A stretch of DNA of 62,761 bases, counting the filler, from Coriobacteriales bacterium (GTDB lineage: Bacteria > Actinomycetota > Coriobacteriia > Coriobacteriales > UBA8131): assembly GCA_031263105.1 (NCBI GenBank). It is 5 parts of 5 records of this genome, joined end to end, with 100 filler letters (N's around TTAATTAATTAA, not from the genome) between each part and the next. Parts side by side here need not be neighbours in the genome. Positions count along the whole stretch, not along the records: positions 36,963 to 44,731 come from JAISGJ010000151.1; positions 44,832 to 50,077 come from JAISGJ010000007.1; 3 more parts are not named here. One strand, 5' to 3'. The stretch's first letter is position 1. Each line of letters opens with the position of its first letter. The notes below the pieces were generated by a model. The model was not told where the DNA came from. It searched no databases and saw nothing but the letters and a program-made list of their open reading frames with translations. This document shows, in pieces, positions 37,622 through 47,079 of this stretch. The translations under genes were made by a program, and so were the position numbers.

Positions 37622-38385
37622 CAGGCGCCCCCCGCTTTCCCTGCGCCGCCCATGGCGCCGCCGCCTGTTCTCCCGGTACCGAAGAACAATGTTGCCGCCG
37701 GAAACAGCAGGCAGGAGAGCGCCGTGTTGACAGTCGTCATCCAATCCTCTGCGAACTTGTTGCCGATGTCCAGGAAATAGATCTCGCCTGCGATGCTGAC
37801 CGCAAGCAGGACAACAAGCCACATGAAGACGTTCCGCCCCTTAAGTTCCGACAGCAGCCGAAGGAGCGCACCATACACTGCAAGGCAAAGGCAGAACAGA
37901 TGTATGACGTCGTTCAGTCTGCCGAAACGCGCGAACACAAAGAACAGGAGCGCAGCGAGGACGACGGCGACAAGCGCCGCCTTGGCGTTGAACCTCGGTA
38001 TCCCCATGTTCATGACGAGCGTCGCCGCGAAAAGAAAGAGAAAGAACCCCGCATCGCCGAGACCGACGACCGAGAAGAACTGGTACCACTCATCGGATAT
38101 CAGCACGTTGCAGAATTGGAAGACATAGGTCAGCGCCTTGCACACGAGCGCCAAGGTTATCAAGACCCCGATCTCGAAATATATGCTCCTGCCCCTCAGC
38201 CTCCAAAGCCGAAGCGCCGCAAGCAGTGTCGGCACGAACCCGCAGACAAGGAAGAACGTCGCAAGCCAAAACGAGGAGGGGGCGGCAGCGTCAAGGCAGA
38301 CATAGCCGACGAGCATCGCCACGGGAGCAGCAACCTCCAGTCTTGGGAACCCGTCAAATCGTTTGGGGAGACGCCGATCAATCAT
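37621..38385 (-). CDS. Hypothetical multi-pass membrane protein
   Basis: About 8 hydrophobic segments; translationally coupled to the PrsW gene. Confidence 0.75.
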   Translation of the reverse strand: MIDRRLPKRFDGFPRLEVAAPVAMLVGYVCLDAAAPSSFWLATFFLVCGFVPTLLAALRLWRLRGRSIYFEIGVLITLALVCKALTYVFQFCNVLISDEWYQFFSVVGLGDAGFFLFLFAATLVMNMGIPRFNAKAALVAVVLAALLFFVFARFGRLNDVIHLFCLCLAVYGALLRLLSELKGRNVFMWLVVLLAVSIAGEIYFLDIGNKFAEDWMTTVNTALSCLLFPAATLFFGTGRTGGGAMGGAGKAGGA

Positions 38386-38526
38386 TGCACACCGTCTCCC
38401 TAGAGCCTGCCATACGCATTTCCATTCAGGTCGGGCCAAAAGCCTGCCATGAGTAACTGCGGTGATGATAACGTATGGTACAATCTACGCACTCAACAAC
38501 GCAAGCAGTTGGGAAGGGAGCCGAAA

Positions 38527-39444
38527 ATGTCGAAAATGAAAATCAAAGAGAGAAATCTTCGGGCATGTGCCGTCTTCGCGCTCGCCATCGCCATGGCGCT
38601 GACGGTTCCGCTCGGCCTTGCGGGCTGCGGCGTAGGCGGCGCGAGCGTAGTCGAGGGCAATGGGGCGGCACAGGCGGAGGAGGTGCCGCCTGCGTCCGAA
38701 GAGGTCTTGAACGAGAAGGTCGACGAGGATTTCGAGAAACCCGCAAAGGAGGAAGCAGGCGGAGACTCGCTTGCCGGGGCGCTGTCCTCCAGTTATGCGG
38801 ATACCATAATGAGCAACAATCCAATAATCGAAGACAAGTACGTCAATCATCTTTACTTCGGCGTTTGCGGGCATTACGAGCACTTCTACAACAAGACAAA
38901 TCTTGATGTTGCCGTCGAGCGGGCAATCCAGAAAGCAAAGGAAATGGAGAAGGATCCCAACGTCGACTACAAGGTGCACTATATCGACCTCAACTCAGGC
39001 TCAAGGGAGGCCTCGTCGATCGCCATGGTCAACACGTTCACGAAAGACAAGAGCCAAGCCATGAACGGGGTCGTCGTCCGCGCATGCATGACTTCCGGCG
39101 TCGCGCCCATGACAGACGAGGGAATGCGTTATGTCAGCTACGACGGAACCGACCTCAATGCCGGCGCGGGCGGGCGGTACCTCTATGCGCTTGAAGGTCG
39201 TGGGAGCAACAAGCCGCCCGTCAAGGAGGTCGGCATCTACATCGACAAGAATTCCGGCGAGGCGACGCGCAACGGCATAAAGGCACAGATCTTCGAAAAG
39301 ATGTCCTTCAATCCGTTCTCATATACATGGCAGGTCGTCTGCTACGACAGCACGACCGGCACGCAGTGGGACGACGAGCCCGACACCGTGGACCTGAACA
39401 TGGGCGCCGGCGGGGATTACCTATACATGGCACAAAGACGGTAG
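38527..39444 (+). CDS. Lipoprotein with three DLNxG(AGG) repeats (MABP/beta-prism-like), paralog 1
   Basis: LAGC lipobox; DLNSG, DLNAGAGGRYLY, DLNMGAGGDYLY. Confidence 0.8.
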   Translation: MSKMKIKERNLRACAVFALAIAMALTVPLGLAGCGVGGASVVEGNGAAQAEEVPPASEEVLNEKVDEDFEKPAKEEAGGDSLAGALSSSYADTIMSNNPIIEDKYVNHLYFGVCGHYEHFYNKTNLDVAVERAIQKAKEMEKDPNVDYKVHYIDLNSGSREASSIAMVNTFTKDKSQAMNGVVVRACMTSGVAPMTDEGMRYVSYDGTDLNAGAGGRYLYALEGRGSNKPPVKEVGIYIDKNSGEATRNGIKAQIFEKMSFNPFSYTWQVVCYDSTTGTQWDDEPDTVDLNMGAGGDYLYMAQRR

Positions 39445-39489
39445 GCTCAGTAGGCTCAGGTTTTCTCGTGGAAGTCGAAGGAGGACACA

Positions 39490-40425
39490 ATGGAAGAATC
39501 AGCGACAAAATACCGATGGTCAAGCATTAGGGGCCTTGCGACAGGTGCGCTCGCCTGCATCCTGTTGCTCGCCGCGGCCATGGGCCTGGCAGGCTGCGGG
39601 AGCGGCGGCGGGAGCGGAGACGGTGCCGGGCCTGCGGGGAAAGCGGAGGTCGCAGAGGTCTCGGATGCGCCCGAGAGCATCCTGAACGAGAAGATCGACG
39701 AGTTCACGGACGAGAAGAGCTCGGAAGGGGGGGAGGAGGACGGCTCCGGCCTCGTGGGCACATTGTCCGAGAGCTATGTCGATGCCCTGATCAGGGACAA
39801 CCCGGTAATCGAGGGGAAGTACGTACTGAACGTCTATTTCGGCGTTGCGGGAGCGAAGGAGGCGGAAAGCGGGCTCATGGGAACTGACCTGGCCGTGGCA
39901 CGGGCGATCAAGAAGGCCAAGGCCGCCGAGGGCGCGGACGTCGACTACAAGGCTCACAGGATCGACCTTAACTCCGGTTGCGGCAGCACCTTCATTGCGG
40001 CGGTGAACACGTTCACAGAAGACAAGGATCTGGCCTGCAAGAACTTCATAGTGCGGGTATGCGCGACGTCGGGGGTGGCGGAGATGAGCTACGGCGGCTT
40101 GAGGTACTACAGGGTAGACACCACGGATCTGAACGCCGGCGTCGGCGGACGGTTCCTTTACCTGCTTCAGGGGCACGGAAAGGCGGGGACGCCCGTGAAG
40201 GAGATAGGGTTTAATGTCTCGGGTGATTCCATTGACGCGAAGAGAAACGGTATCCAGGCGCTCGTGTTCGAGCAGCAGTCCTACAACCCGTTCTCAAGAG
40301 AATGGCGCTATGTCGTGCAAGGCGAAAAGGCTACGCTGGATCCAAAAAACGGCGTAGCGGTTGATCTGAATGTCGGCGCCCGCGGGGATTATGTTTATAT
40401 GGCGCAACGTTTTTCAACGGATTGA
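39490..40425 (+). CDS. Lipoprotein with DLNxG repeats, paralog 2
   Basis: LAGC; DLNSG, DLNAGVGGRFLY, DLNVGARGDYVY. Confidence 0.8.
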   Translation: MEESATKYRWSSIRGLATGALACILLLAAAMGLAGCGSGGGSGDGAGPAGKAEVAEVSDAPESILNEKIDEFTDEKSSEGGEEDGSGLVGTLSESYVDALIRDNPVIEGKYVLNVYFGVAGAKEAESGLMGTDLAVARAIKKAKAAEGADVDYKAHRIDLNSGCGSTFIAAVNTFTEDKDLACKNFIVRVCATSGVAEMSYGGLRYYRVDTTDLNAGVGGRFLYLLQGHGKAGTPVKEIGFNVSGDSIDAKRNGIQALVFEQQSYNPFSREWRYVVQGEKATLDPKNGVAVDLNVGARGDYVYMAQRFSTD

Positions 40426-40439
40426 AGGAGGGACATAGC

Positions 40440-41366
40440 ATGATGGCTTCAGGCAAAGGACGTGGGAAGACAGCCGTTGCGGCATTCTTGGCGCTTGCGC
40501 TTGCGATCGCCTTGGCGCTCGGCCTTGCAGGCTGCGGGGGCGGCGGCGGGAGCGGAGACGGTGCCGAGGTTGCGGAGGTTGCGGAGGCGCCCGAGAGCAT
40601 CCTGAGCGAGAAGATCGACGAGCTCACGGACGAGAAGAACCCGGAGGAGGAGGACGGCTCCGGCCTTGTGGGCACATTGTCCACAAGCTATGTCGATGAC
40701 TTCCTTGCAGGCAATCCTGTCATCGACGGCAAGTTCGTGAACCATGTCTATTTCGGCGTCGCCGGGAAGAACGAGTCGGCAAGCGGGCTGAGCGGCATCG
40801 ATCTGGCGGTTGCCCGCGCGGCGGCCAAGGCAAAAAAGGCAGAGGGGTCGGCCGTCGACTACAAGGTGCACAAAGTCAACCTCAACTCAGGGGTCGATGG
40901 TTCGACCATTGCGGCAGTCAATACGTTCACGACGGACGAGGGCCAGGCGTGCAGGGGCGTTTTGCTGCGCCTGTGCAAGAATTCCGGCGTCGGATCCTTT
41001 GAATCCAACAATGTCGTTTACAAAAGCGTTGACGGCACGGATTTGAACGCGGGGGCCGGCGGAAGGTACATCTACCTGCTCGAGGGGCGCGGGAATGCAG
41101 GAGTCCCCTTGAGGGAGGTCGGCTTCTTCGTCGATACGCAAAAAGACTGCCTTTGGCTTAAGAGGAACGGCATCGAGGCAAACGTCTACAAGTATATGTC
41201 GTTCAATCCGTTTTCCCCGAACTGGACAGTCGTCTGCCAGACCCCCAGTGGAATATGGCATGGGGACAATGATCTTATGCTTGACGACGATACCGAAGGA
41301 CGGGTTGACCTGAATGCCAGGGCCGGCGGAGACTACGTCTACATGATGCAGCGTTTCGCCAGATGA
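40440..41366 (+). CDS. Lipoprotein with DLNxG repeats, paralog 3
   Basis: LAGC; NLNSG, DLNAGAGGRYIY, DLNARAGGDYVY. Confidence 0.8.
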   Translation: MMASGKGRGKTAVAAFLALALAIALALGLAGCGGGGGSGDGAEVAEVAEAPESILSEKIDELTDEKNPEEEDGSGLVGTLSTSYVDDFLAGNPVIDGKFVNHVYFGVAGKNESASGLSGIDLAVARAAAKAKKAEGSAVDYKVHKVNLNSGVDGSTIAAVNTFTTDEGQACRGVLLRLCKNSGVGSFESNNVVYKSVDGTDLNAGAGGRYIYLLEGRGNAGVPLREVGFFVDTQKDCLWLKRNGIEANVYKYMSFNPFSPNWTVVCQTPSGIWHGDNDLMLDDDTEGRVDLNARAGGDYVYMMQRFAR

Positions 41367-41398
41367 CAACATGCAGAAATGCACCGGAGGGAGCAGCC

Positions 41399-42133
41399 AT
41401 GACAATCTCGAGCGTTAAGCATATGGGCGCAATCATCAGAGGATTCTCGACGATCGCGCTTGTCCTCGTCATGTCGATCGGCCTTGTGGGCTGCGGCGGC
41501 GGGACACAAGAGAGCGGCGGCGGCTCGGATCTTGCGGGAACCATAGGAGGCGAGGAGGAGCTCAAATACGTGCACCACATCTATTTTGGCGTTGCAGAGC
41601 TGAGGGATTCCGATAAGGGAAAAAGCGGTTTTGACCTTGCGCTGGCCCGAGCCGTGGAAAAGGCGGTGAAGGCGGAAGGGGAGAACGTGGACTACATGGA
41701 GCATCGCGTCGACCTTAACTCAGGATGCCAGTCGGCGCCGTATATCGCCATGGTCAACACCTACACGAAAAATGGCAACGATGCGCTGACGGACGTCGTC
41801 GTCCGCATTTGCAAGACCTCCGGCGTCGCGAACATGAGCAGCCAGGGGGTCGACTTCACGAAATACGACCCGGTCGACCTGAACCAAGGCGCCGGCGGAA
41901 GATTCCTCTATCTCCTCGAAGGGCACAACATCACCGACTGGGCGAAGCCCCTCAAGGGAGTCGCTGTTCACACCAGCAACCACTCCAGGTCTTCTCTCAA
42001 GGATCAGCCATGGTTCACACCTGACACCACATGGTATTGGGTCACAGAGAGTGCCGGCACCGGCGCCCACGAGTACGTTGATTTGAACAATGGTGCCGGC
42101 GGCGATTATATCTATATGGAGAAGCATTGGTAA
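41399..42133 (+). CDS. Lipoprotein with DLNxG repeats, paralog 4
   Basis: LVGC; DLNSG, DLNQGAGGRFLY, DLNNGAGGDYIY. Confidence 0.8.
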   Translation: MTISSVKHMGAIIRGFSTIALVLVMSIGLVGCGGGTQESGGGSDLAGTIGGEEELKYVHHIYFGVAELRDSDKGKSGFDLALARAVEKAVKAEGENVDYMEHRVDLNSGCQSAPYIAMVNTYTKNGNDALTDVVVRICKTSGVANMSSQGVDFTKYDPVDLNQGAGGRFLYLLEGHNITDWAKPLKGVAVHTSNHSRSSLKDQPWFTPDTTWYWVTESAGTGAHEYVDLNNGAGGDYIYMEKHW

Positions 42134-42182
42134 CAGGAGAAGCCTTCTCCCGGTTTGCACCCTTGTGACGATAGGAGTATCT

Positions 42183-43482
42183 TTGGCTGACGTGAGGCCC
42201 TTTGTGTGCTGCCGCCCTGTGCCTGAACTGGCATCCGAGGTGGCGGCCTTGCCCTATGACGTGTTCAGCCGCAGGGAGGCGGCGGCGGAGATAGCCGCGC
42301 ACCCGCGCTCGTTTCTGAGGGTGGACAAGACGGCGGCGCTGTTCCCTCCCGAGGTGGACGAGTACGACGGACGGGTCTATCGCAGGGCGGCCGAGCTGTT
42401 TGCCGCAGACCTCGAGGAGGGCGTCTACCTGCGCGAGGATGTGCCCCGCTACTTCTGCTACCGCCTGGAGAGGGACGGCCATGCGCAGACGGGCGTCGTG
42501 GCGTGCATCGCGGCCGAGGACTACCGCGCGTCCGTGCTCAGGCGCCACGAGAGCACCCGCGCCTTCAAGCTCGAGGACCGCGTCCGCCATATCTCGGCGC
42601 TCGGCGCCCAGACGGGCCCCGTGCTGGTGGCCTATCGGCCGCAGGCGGCGATCGACGGGGCCGTCGCGCAGGTTGCCTCGACCGAGGCCCCCCTCTACGA
42701 CTTCACCGCGCCGGACGGGGTGCGCCATACCGTCTGGCGGGTGGACGGCCCTGAGCAGGAGCGGGCCATCAGGGACGGCTTCGACGCGCTCGACGCCCTG
42801 TACATCGCGGACGGGCACCACCGCGCCGCCGCCGCCGCAGCGGTGGCCGAGGCGGGCGCGTGTGACAGTGGGGACGGTACGTTTTGTGACAGAACGGTAC
42901 CGTCCCCGCTGTCACGCTGCGCTCCCCTCCGCCACGCCGCAGCACTTCCTGGTTGCCGCCTTCCCCTCCGACCAGCTTTCCGTCCTCGACTACAACCGCG
43001 TCGTCTTCGACACGAACGGGCTCACGCGCGACGGCCTGCTTGCGCGCATCGCCGCAGACTTCGACGTCGAGCCGCAGGGTGCTGCCCCGTACCGCCCCGA
43101 GCAGAAGGGCCGCTTCGGCATGTACCTCGACGGGCAGTGGTACCGCCTGAGCGTCCGTGACGGCCTGCGCCCCGCCGACCCGGTCGACGGGCTTGACGTC
43201 TCGCTCCTGCACGACAGGCTGCTTGCACCCGTCTTAGGGATCGACGACCCACGGGCAAGCAAGCGGATCGCCTACGTCGGCGGCGCGCGGGGCCTTGAGG
43301 AGCTCGCCCGCCGCGTCGACGAGCGGCGGGCGGAGGGGCCGGCCGTTGCCTTTGCGCTGTTCCCCTGCTCGCTCGACGACCTGTTCGCCGTGGCCGACGC
43401 CGGACGCCTCATGCCTCCCAAATCGACCTGGTTCGAACCGAAGCCCCGCAGCGGCATCTTCGTCCATGGGATAGGGGAGTGA
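42183..43482 (+). pseudogene. DUF1015 family protein, frameshifted near an inserted palindrome
   Basis: N-half ALPYDV...RHEST...QTGPV...LYIADGHHR in one frame; C-half VLDYNR...MPPKSTWFEPKPRSG in another; frame changes at about 42920-42945. Confidence 0.8.
42862..42915. repeat. 54-bp palindromic element (family C) inside the DUF1015 gene
   Basis: GTGACAGTGGGGACGGTAC / GTACCGTCCCCGCTGTCAC. Confidence 0.85.
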
Positions 43483-43869
43483 CGCATCCGAAGGCGGGGC
43501 TGCCCTGCGCCGTCCTCCCAGCACGCTGCCCGCCTTCGGGCATCGCATCGACCTTCTCCACACTATCTAGTGGTTGCCTCGCGGACGACCCACAAATGGC
43601 CTGCACATTGCCTGCGTAGTGCCTGCTAAATCGTGCCGTTCCCTTGCTATTTCCGATGAGGGTATGAGATACTGGGCGCCCGGCTTTATCGGCGGTGCGG
43701 CGGCATGACGGGGCCTCGCAGAGGGAGGCCCTTGGTCGGAAGCACGGCACAAAACACAGACAGGGCCCAACGTGCGCAGCGAGACCAATGGCGCAAGGCG
43801 GGCCGTCCAACGGAGCATCAACGAAGCATTTAACGGAGCATCGACGGAGCAGAACAGGCAGACACGCCC

Positions 43870-44214
43870 ATGGAATTCCTCAAGGTCTCTTCCAAATCAT
43901 CGCCCTCCTCGGTTGCCGGTGCCATCGCCGGCATGATCAAGGACGGCGCTCCCGTCGAGATACAGAGCGTCGGGGCCGGCGCCGTCAACCAGGCCGTGAA
44001 GGCCATCGCCATCGCGCGCGGCTTCCTCTCCCCCGTGGGCATCGAGATCGTCTGTGCCCCCGCGTTCGCCGACATCAGCATCAACGGGGAGAACCGCACC
44101 GCCATCCGTTTCTCGGTCGAGCCGCGCTATCTGAGGGGGACGAAGAAGGCGGAACTGGGCGAGGACGCGAAGCACGACTGGGCGGCGTATGGCGCGAACC
44201 TCTTCGAGTCGTGA
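43870..44214 (+). CDS. spoVS: Stage V sporulation protein S family
   Basis: LKVSSKSSPSSVAGAIA...GAGAVNQAVKAIAIARGF. Confidence 0.95.
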   Translation: MEFLKVSSKSSPSSVAGAIAGMIKDGAPVEIQSVGAGAVNQAVKAIAIARGFLSPVGIEIVCAPAFADISINGENRTAIRFSVEPRYLRGTKKAELGEDAKHDWAAYGANLFES

Positions 44215-44731
44215 TTCAAGAGCATGTGGAGAAGGACGGGGCGACTGCGGGGCAGGTAGCGCCCCGATCCTCATCTGAGGCCCCCTTGCCCGAAGGCGCC
44301 CAGGCATCGCAGGACGCACAGGGCCTGCCGCCCGAGCAGTGTCCGCACGGCGATCAGGGCATCCAGGCCCTGCAGGGCCTGCGCTACCATCTGCGTACCT
44401 TCGGCTGCCAGATGAACCGGCACGACTCCGAGCGCGTCGCCGGCATGCTGGACGCCCTGGGCGCGTCCGAGTGCGCCACGGCCGAGGAGGCCGACCTCGT
44501 CGTGTTCATGACCTGCTGCGTGCGCGAGGCCGCCGACGTGCGCCTGACCGGACAGGTCGCCTCGCTGAAGAACCTGCCGTACGACGGTGGGCGTGACAGT
44601 GGGGATTGTGACGGTGGGGACGGTGCTGTTTGGTGTGACAGTGGGGACGGTGCTGTTTGGTGTGACAGTTGTGACAGTGGGGACGGTGCTGTTCTGTCAC
44701 AGCCCGCGCAGTGTGACAGTGGGGACGGTAC
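44211..44731 (+). CDS. miaB: tRNA-i6A37 methylthiotransferase MiaB, N-terminal part (contig end)
   Basis: TFGCQMNRHDSE...ADLVVFMTCCVREAAD. Confidence 0.85.
44593..44731 (+). repeat. Tandem family C arms (GTGACAGTGGGGACGGT) inside miaB
   Basis: About five copies, read in frame as CDSGDG-like units. Confidence 0.8.
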
Positions 44732-44831
44732 NNNNNNNNNNNNNNNNNNNNNNNNNNNNNNNNNNNNNNNNNNNNTTAATTAATTAANNNNNNNNNNNNN
44801 NNNNNNNNNNNNNNNNNNNNNNNNNNNNNNN
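44732..44831. other. Artificial contig linker
   Basis: N-TTAATTAATTAA-N, 100 nt. Confidence 0.98.
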
Positions 44832-45283
44832 GCCGCCCCGGCCCCGCCGCCCGCTGCCGCCCCGGCCCCGCGGCCCGCTGCCGCCCCGACCCAGCCGCCC
44901 ACTGCCTCCCCGGCCCCGCCGCCCGCGGCCACCCCGGCCCAGCCGCCCGCTGTCCCCCCGGCCCAGCCGCCCGCTGACACCCCGGCCCAGCCGCCCGCTG
45001 TCACCCCGGCCCAGCCGCCCGCTGCCGCCCCGACCCAGCCGCCCACTGGCACCCCGACCCAGCCACCCACTGTCACCCCGGCCCAGCCGCCCACTGTCAC
45101 CCCGACCCAGCCACCCACTGTCATCCCGAGCCTGCCGAGGGATCTTCGACCGCGCAAGCGGTCGACTGCGGCCAGAGGCGTTTCTCGGCCTGTGGTTGGA
45201 CACTGCGTGTCCAAGGATTCCTCGGCTCCGGCGCGGCCTCCGGCAGCGCCTCAGCTCGGAATGACAGTGGGGGTGTCAGTAAC
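44832..45283. repeat. Family A palindromic element with tandem 24-bp units
   Basis: CCCAGCCGCCCACTGTCACCCCGG-like units, then CTGTCATCCCGAGCCTGCCGAGGGATC...GCTCGGAATGACAG. Confidence 0.8.
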
Positions 45284-45286
45284 ACT

Positions 45287-46981
45287 ATGACAGACGGAAG
45301 CGGACATATGGACGGCAGGGACGGCGGCGTTGGCAGCGGCGGCTGGTACGGAAGCGGCAGGAGCGCCGCCCCCGCCCGCCTCGGCCCCTACGAGCTGAGG
45401 GGGGAGCTGGGGCGCGGGGCCATGGCGCGCGTGTGGAGGGCGTGGGACCCGAAGCTCGGGCGCGAGGTGGCCGTGAAGGAGCCCCTGTTCGACGAGCGTC
45501 TCTCCGAGGACGTGCTGCGGGAGATGGGCGAGCGCTTCGTGAGGGAGGGCATGGCGGCGGCGCGGCTGAACCACCCCGGCATCGTCACCATATTCGCCGC
45601 CGACGTCTACGACGGCCGCCCCGCCATCGTGATGGAGCTCGTGGACGGGGTGACGCTCGGGGACCTGCTGGAGGCCGGCCCCCTCGCGCCCAGGGCCGCG
45701 CTCGACGCGCTCGACCAGCTGCTCGACGCGGTGGGCTACGCCCACTCGCAGGGCGTCGTGCACCGCGACATCAAGCCCGACAACGTGTTCGTGACAAGAG
45801 ACGGGCGCGTGAAGCTCGGCGACTTCGGCATAGCGCACGTCGCGGACTCCTCCCTCACCAGGAGGACCCAGGTGGGCACCGTGCTCGGCACCCCCGGCTA
45901 CATGGCCCCCGAGCAGGCCACGGGTGCGCCCGTCGACAGCAGGGCCGACCTGTTCGCGATAGGCGTGATGGCCTACGAGATGCTCGCGGGCAGGAACCCC
46001 TTCGGGGCCGGCGGGGGCACCGACCCCACGGCGCTGCTGTACCGCATCGTGCACGAGGCGCCGCCCCCGCTGCCCTCATCCGCGGCCGAGGGCCTGCCCG
46101 CCGACGTGCGCCCGGCGGTCCTCGCCGCGCTCGCCAAGGACCCGGCGGGCCGCCCGCAGGATGCCGCGTCCCTCAAGGCGATGCTGCACGGCGCGCCCGC
46201 GCCCGCGCCGGGTGCCGCGCAGGCATCTCCCCTTGCGAAGGCCGCATCCTCCGGCAGCAGGAGGTGGCTGCCCTACGCCATCGCCGCCGCCGTGGGCATC
46301 GCGGTCCTCGGCGCGGTGTTCGTCCTCGCCACCTCCGGCGGCGGCGGCGGGGGCGCGGCAGCGGGCGGAGGGGCCGTGGCGGCCGACGGCCCGTCGGGAG
46401 GCGAGGGGGGCGCGGGCGCCGCCGTCGCAGCCGCCGTGCCCCGGGTCGACGGCGTGGGCGACCGCGTGGAGTTCGGCGCCTGGCGCGGCGGGCCCATCGA
46501 GTGGCGCGTGCTCGCCGTGGAGGGCGGCAGGGCGCTGGTCGTCTCGGAGGACGTGCTGGAGAGGCGCGGGTACCACGGCAGTCGCTCCTCGGTCACCTGG
46601 GCGGAGAGCGACATCCGCGCATGGCTGAACGGCGAGTTCCTGGACACCGCCTTCACCGGGGAGCAGCAGGGGGCCATCGCCCTCTCGCAGATTTCGAACC
46701 CCGACAACCCCGAGTTCGGCACCGAGGGCGGCCCGGACACCGAGGACAGGGTGTTCCTGCTCTCCATCGACGAGGCCGAGCGCTACTTCTCGGGCAGCGA
46801 TGACCGTGTTGCGGAGCATCTCGGCGAGGACAGGGCGCTCCCGTGGTGGCTCCGCTCGCCCGGCGCCGACGGCCACCGCGCCGCGGTCGTCATCGTCGTC
46901 GGCGGCGTCCGCGTTGACGGCTACAGCGTCTACTGCGGCGGCGGCGTGCGCCCAGCCTTATGGCTGAATCTGCAATCCTGA
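45287..46981 (+). CDS. Membrane Ser/Thr kinase with a C-terminal DUF6273 (CLec-like) ectodomain
   Basis: LGRGAMARV, VAVK, HRDIKPDN, DFG, YMAPE; one TM; VEFG...PIEWRVL, DRVFLLSIDEA, WWLRSPG...GVRPALWL. Confidence 0.9.
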   Translation: MTDGSGHMDGRDGGVGSGGWYGSGRSAAPARLGPYELRGELGRGAMARVWRAWDPKLGREVAVKEPLFDERLSEDVLREMGERFVREGMAAARLNHPGIVTIFAADVYDGRPAIVMELVDGVTLGDLLEAGPLAPRAALDALDQLLDAVGYAHSQGVVHRDIKPDNVFVTRDGRVKLGDFGIAHVADSSLTRRTQVGTVLGTPGYMAPEQATGAPVDSRADLFAIGVMAYEMLAGRNPFGAGGGTDPTALLYRIVHEAPPPLPSSAAEGLPADVRPAVLAALAKDPAGRPQDAASLKAMLHGAPAPAPGAAQASPLAKAASSGSRRWLPYAIAAAVGIAVLGAVFVLATSGGGGGGAAAGGGAVAADGPSGGEGGAGAAVAAAVPRVDGVGDRVEFGAWRGGPIEWRVLAVEGGRALVVSEDVLERRGYHGSRSSVTWAESDIRAWLNGEFLDTAFTGEQQGAIALSQISNPDNPEFGTEGGPDTEDRVFLLSIDEAERYFSGSDDRVAEHLGEDRALPWWLRSPGADGHRAAVVIVVGGVRVDGYSVYCGGGVRPALWLNLQS

Positions 46982-47018
46982 ATCTTTTAATCCCGCCCGC
47001 CGTCGCAGGCGGCGGGCG
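46844..47018 (+). other. Putative DGR variable region with IMH-like tail and downstream hairpin
   Basis: Run of NNC codons between WWLRSPG and VRPALWL; A/T-richer tail; hairpin CGCCCGCCGTC-GCA-GGCGGCGGGCG at 46994-47018. Confidence 0.6.
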
Positions 47019-47079
47019 ACGAGGCACGGGCAAGTATTTGGCATGGGTGCGGGCAACTCGATGACGGAAGGGCAGGGCC

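Noticed and set aside
43870..44214. spoVS as evidence of sporulation
   Set aside because: SpoVS homologues occur in non-sporulating bacteria and no other sporulation genes are present here
44832..45130. Possible CRISPR array or Gly/Trp-rich ORF
   Set aside because: Tandem 24-bp units derived from the family A arm, at a contig end; the ORFs are repeat translations
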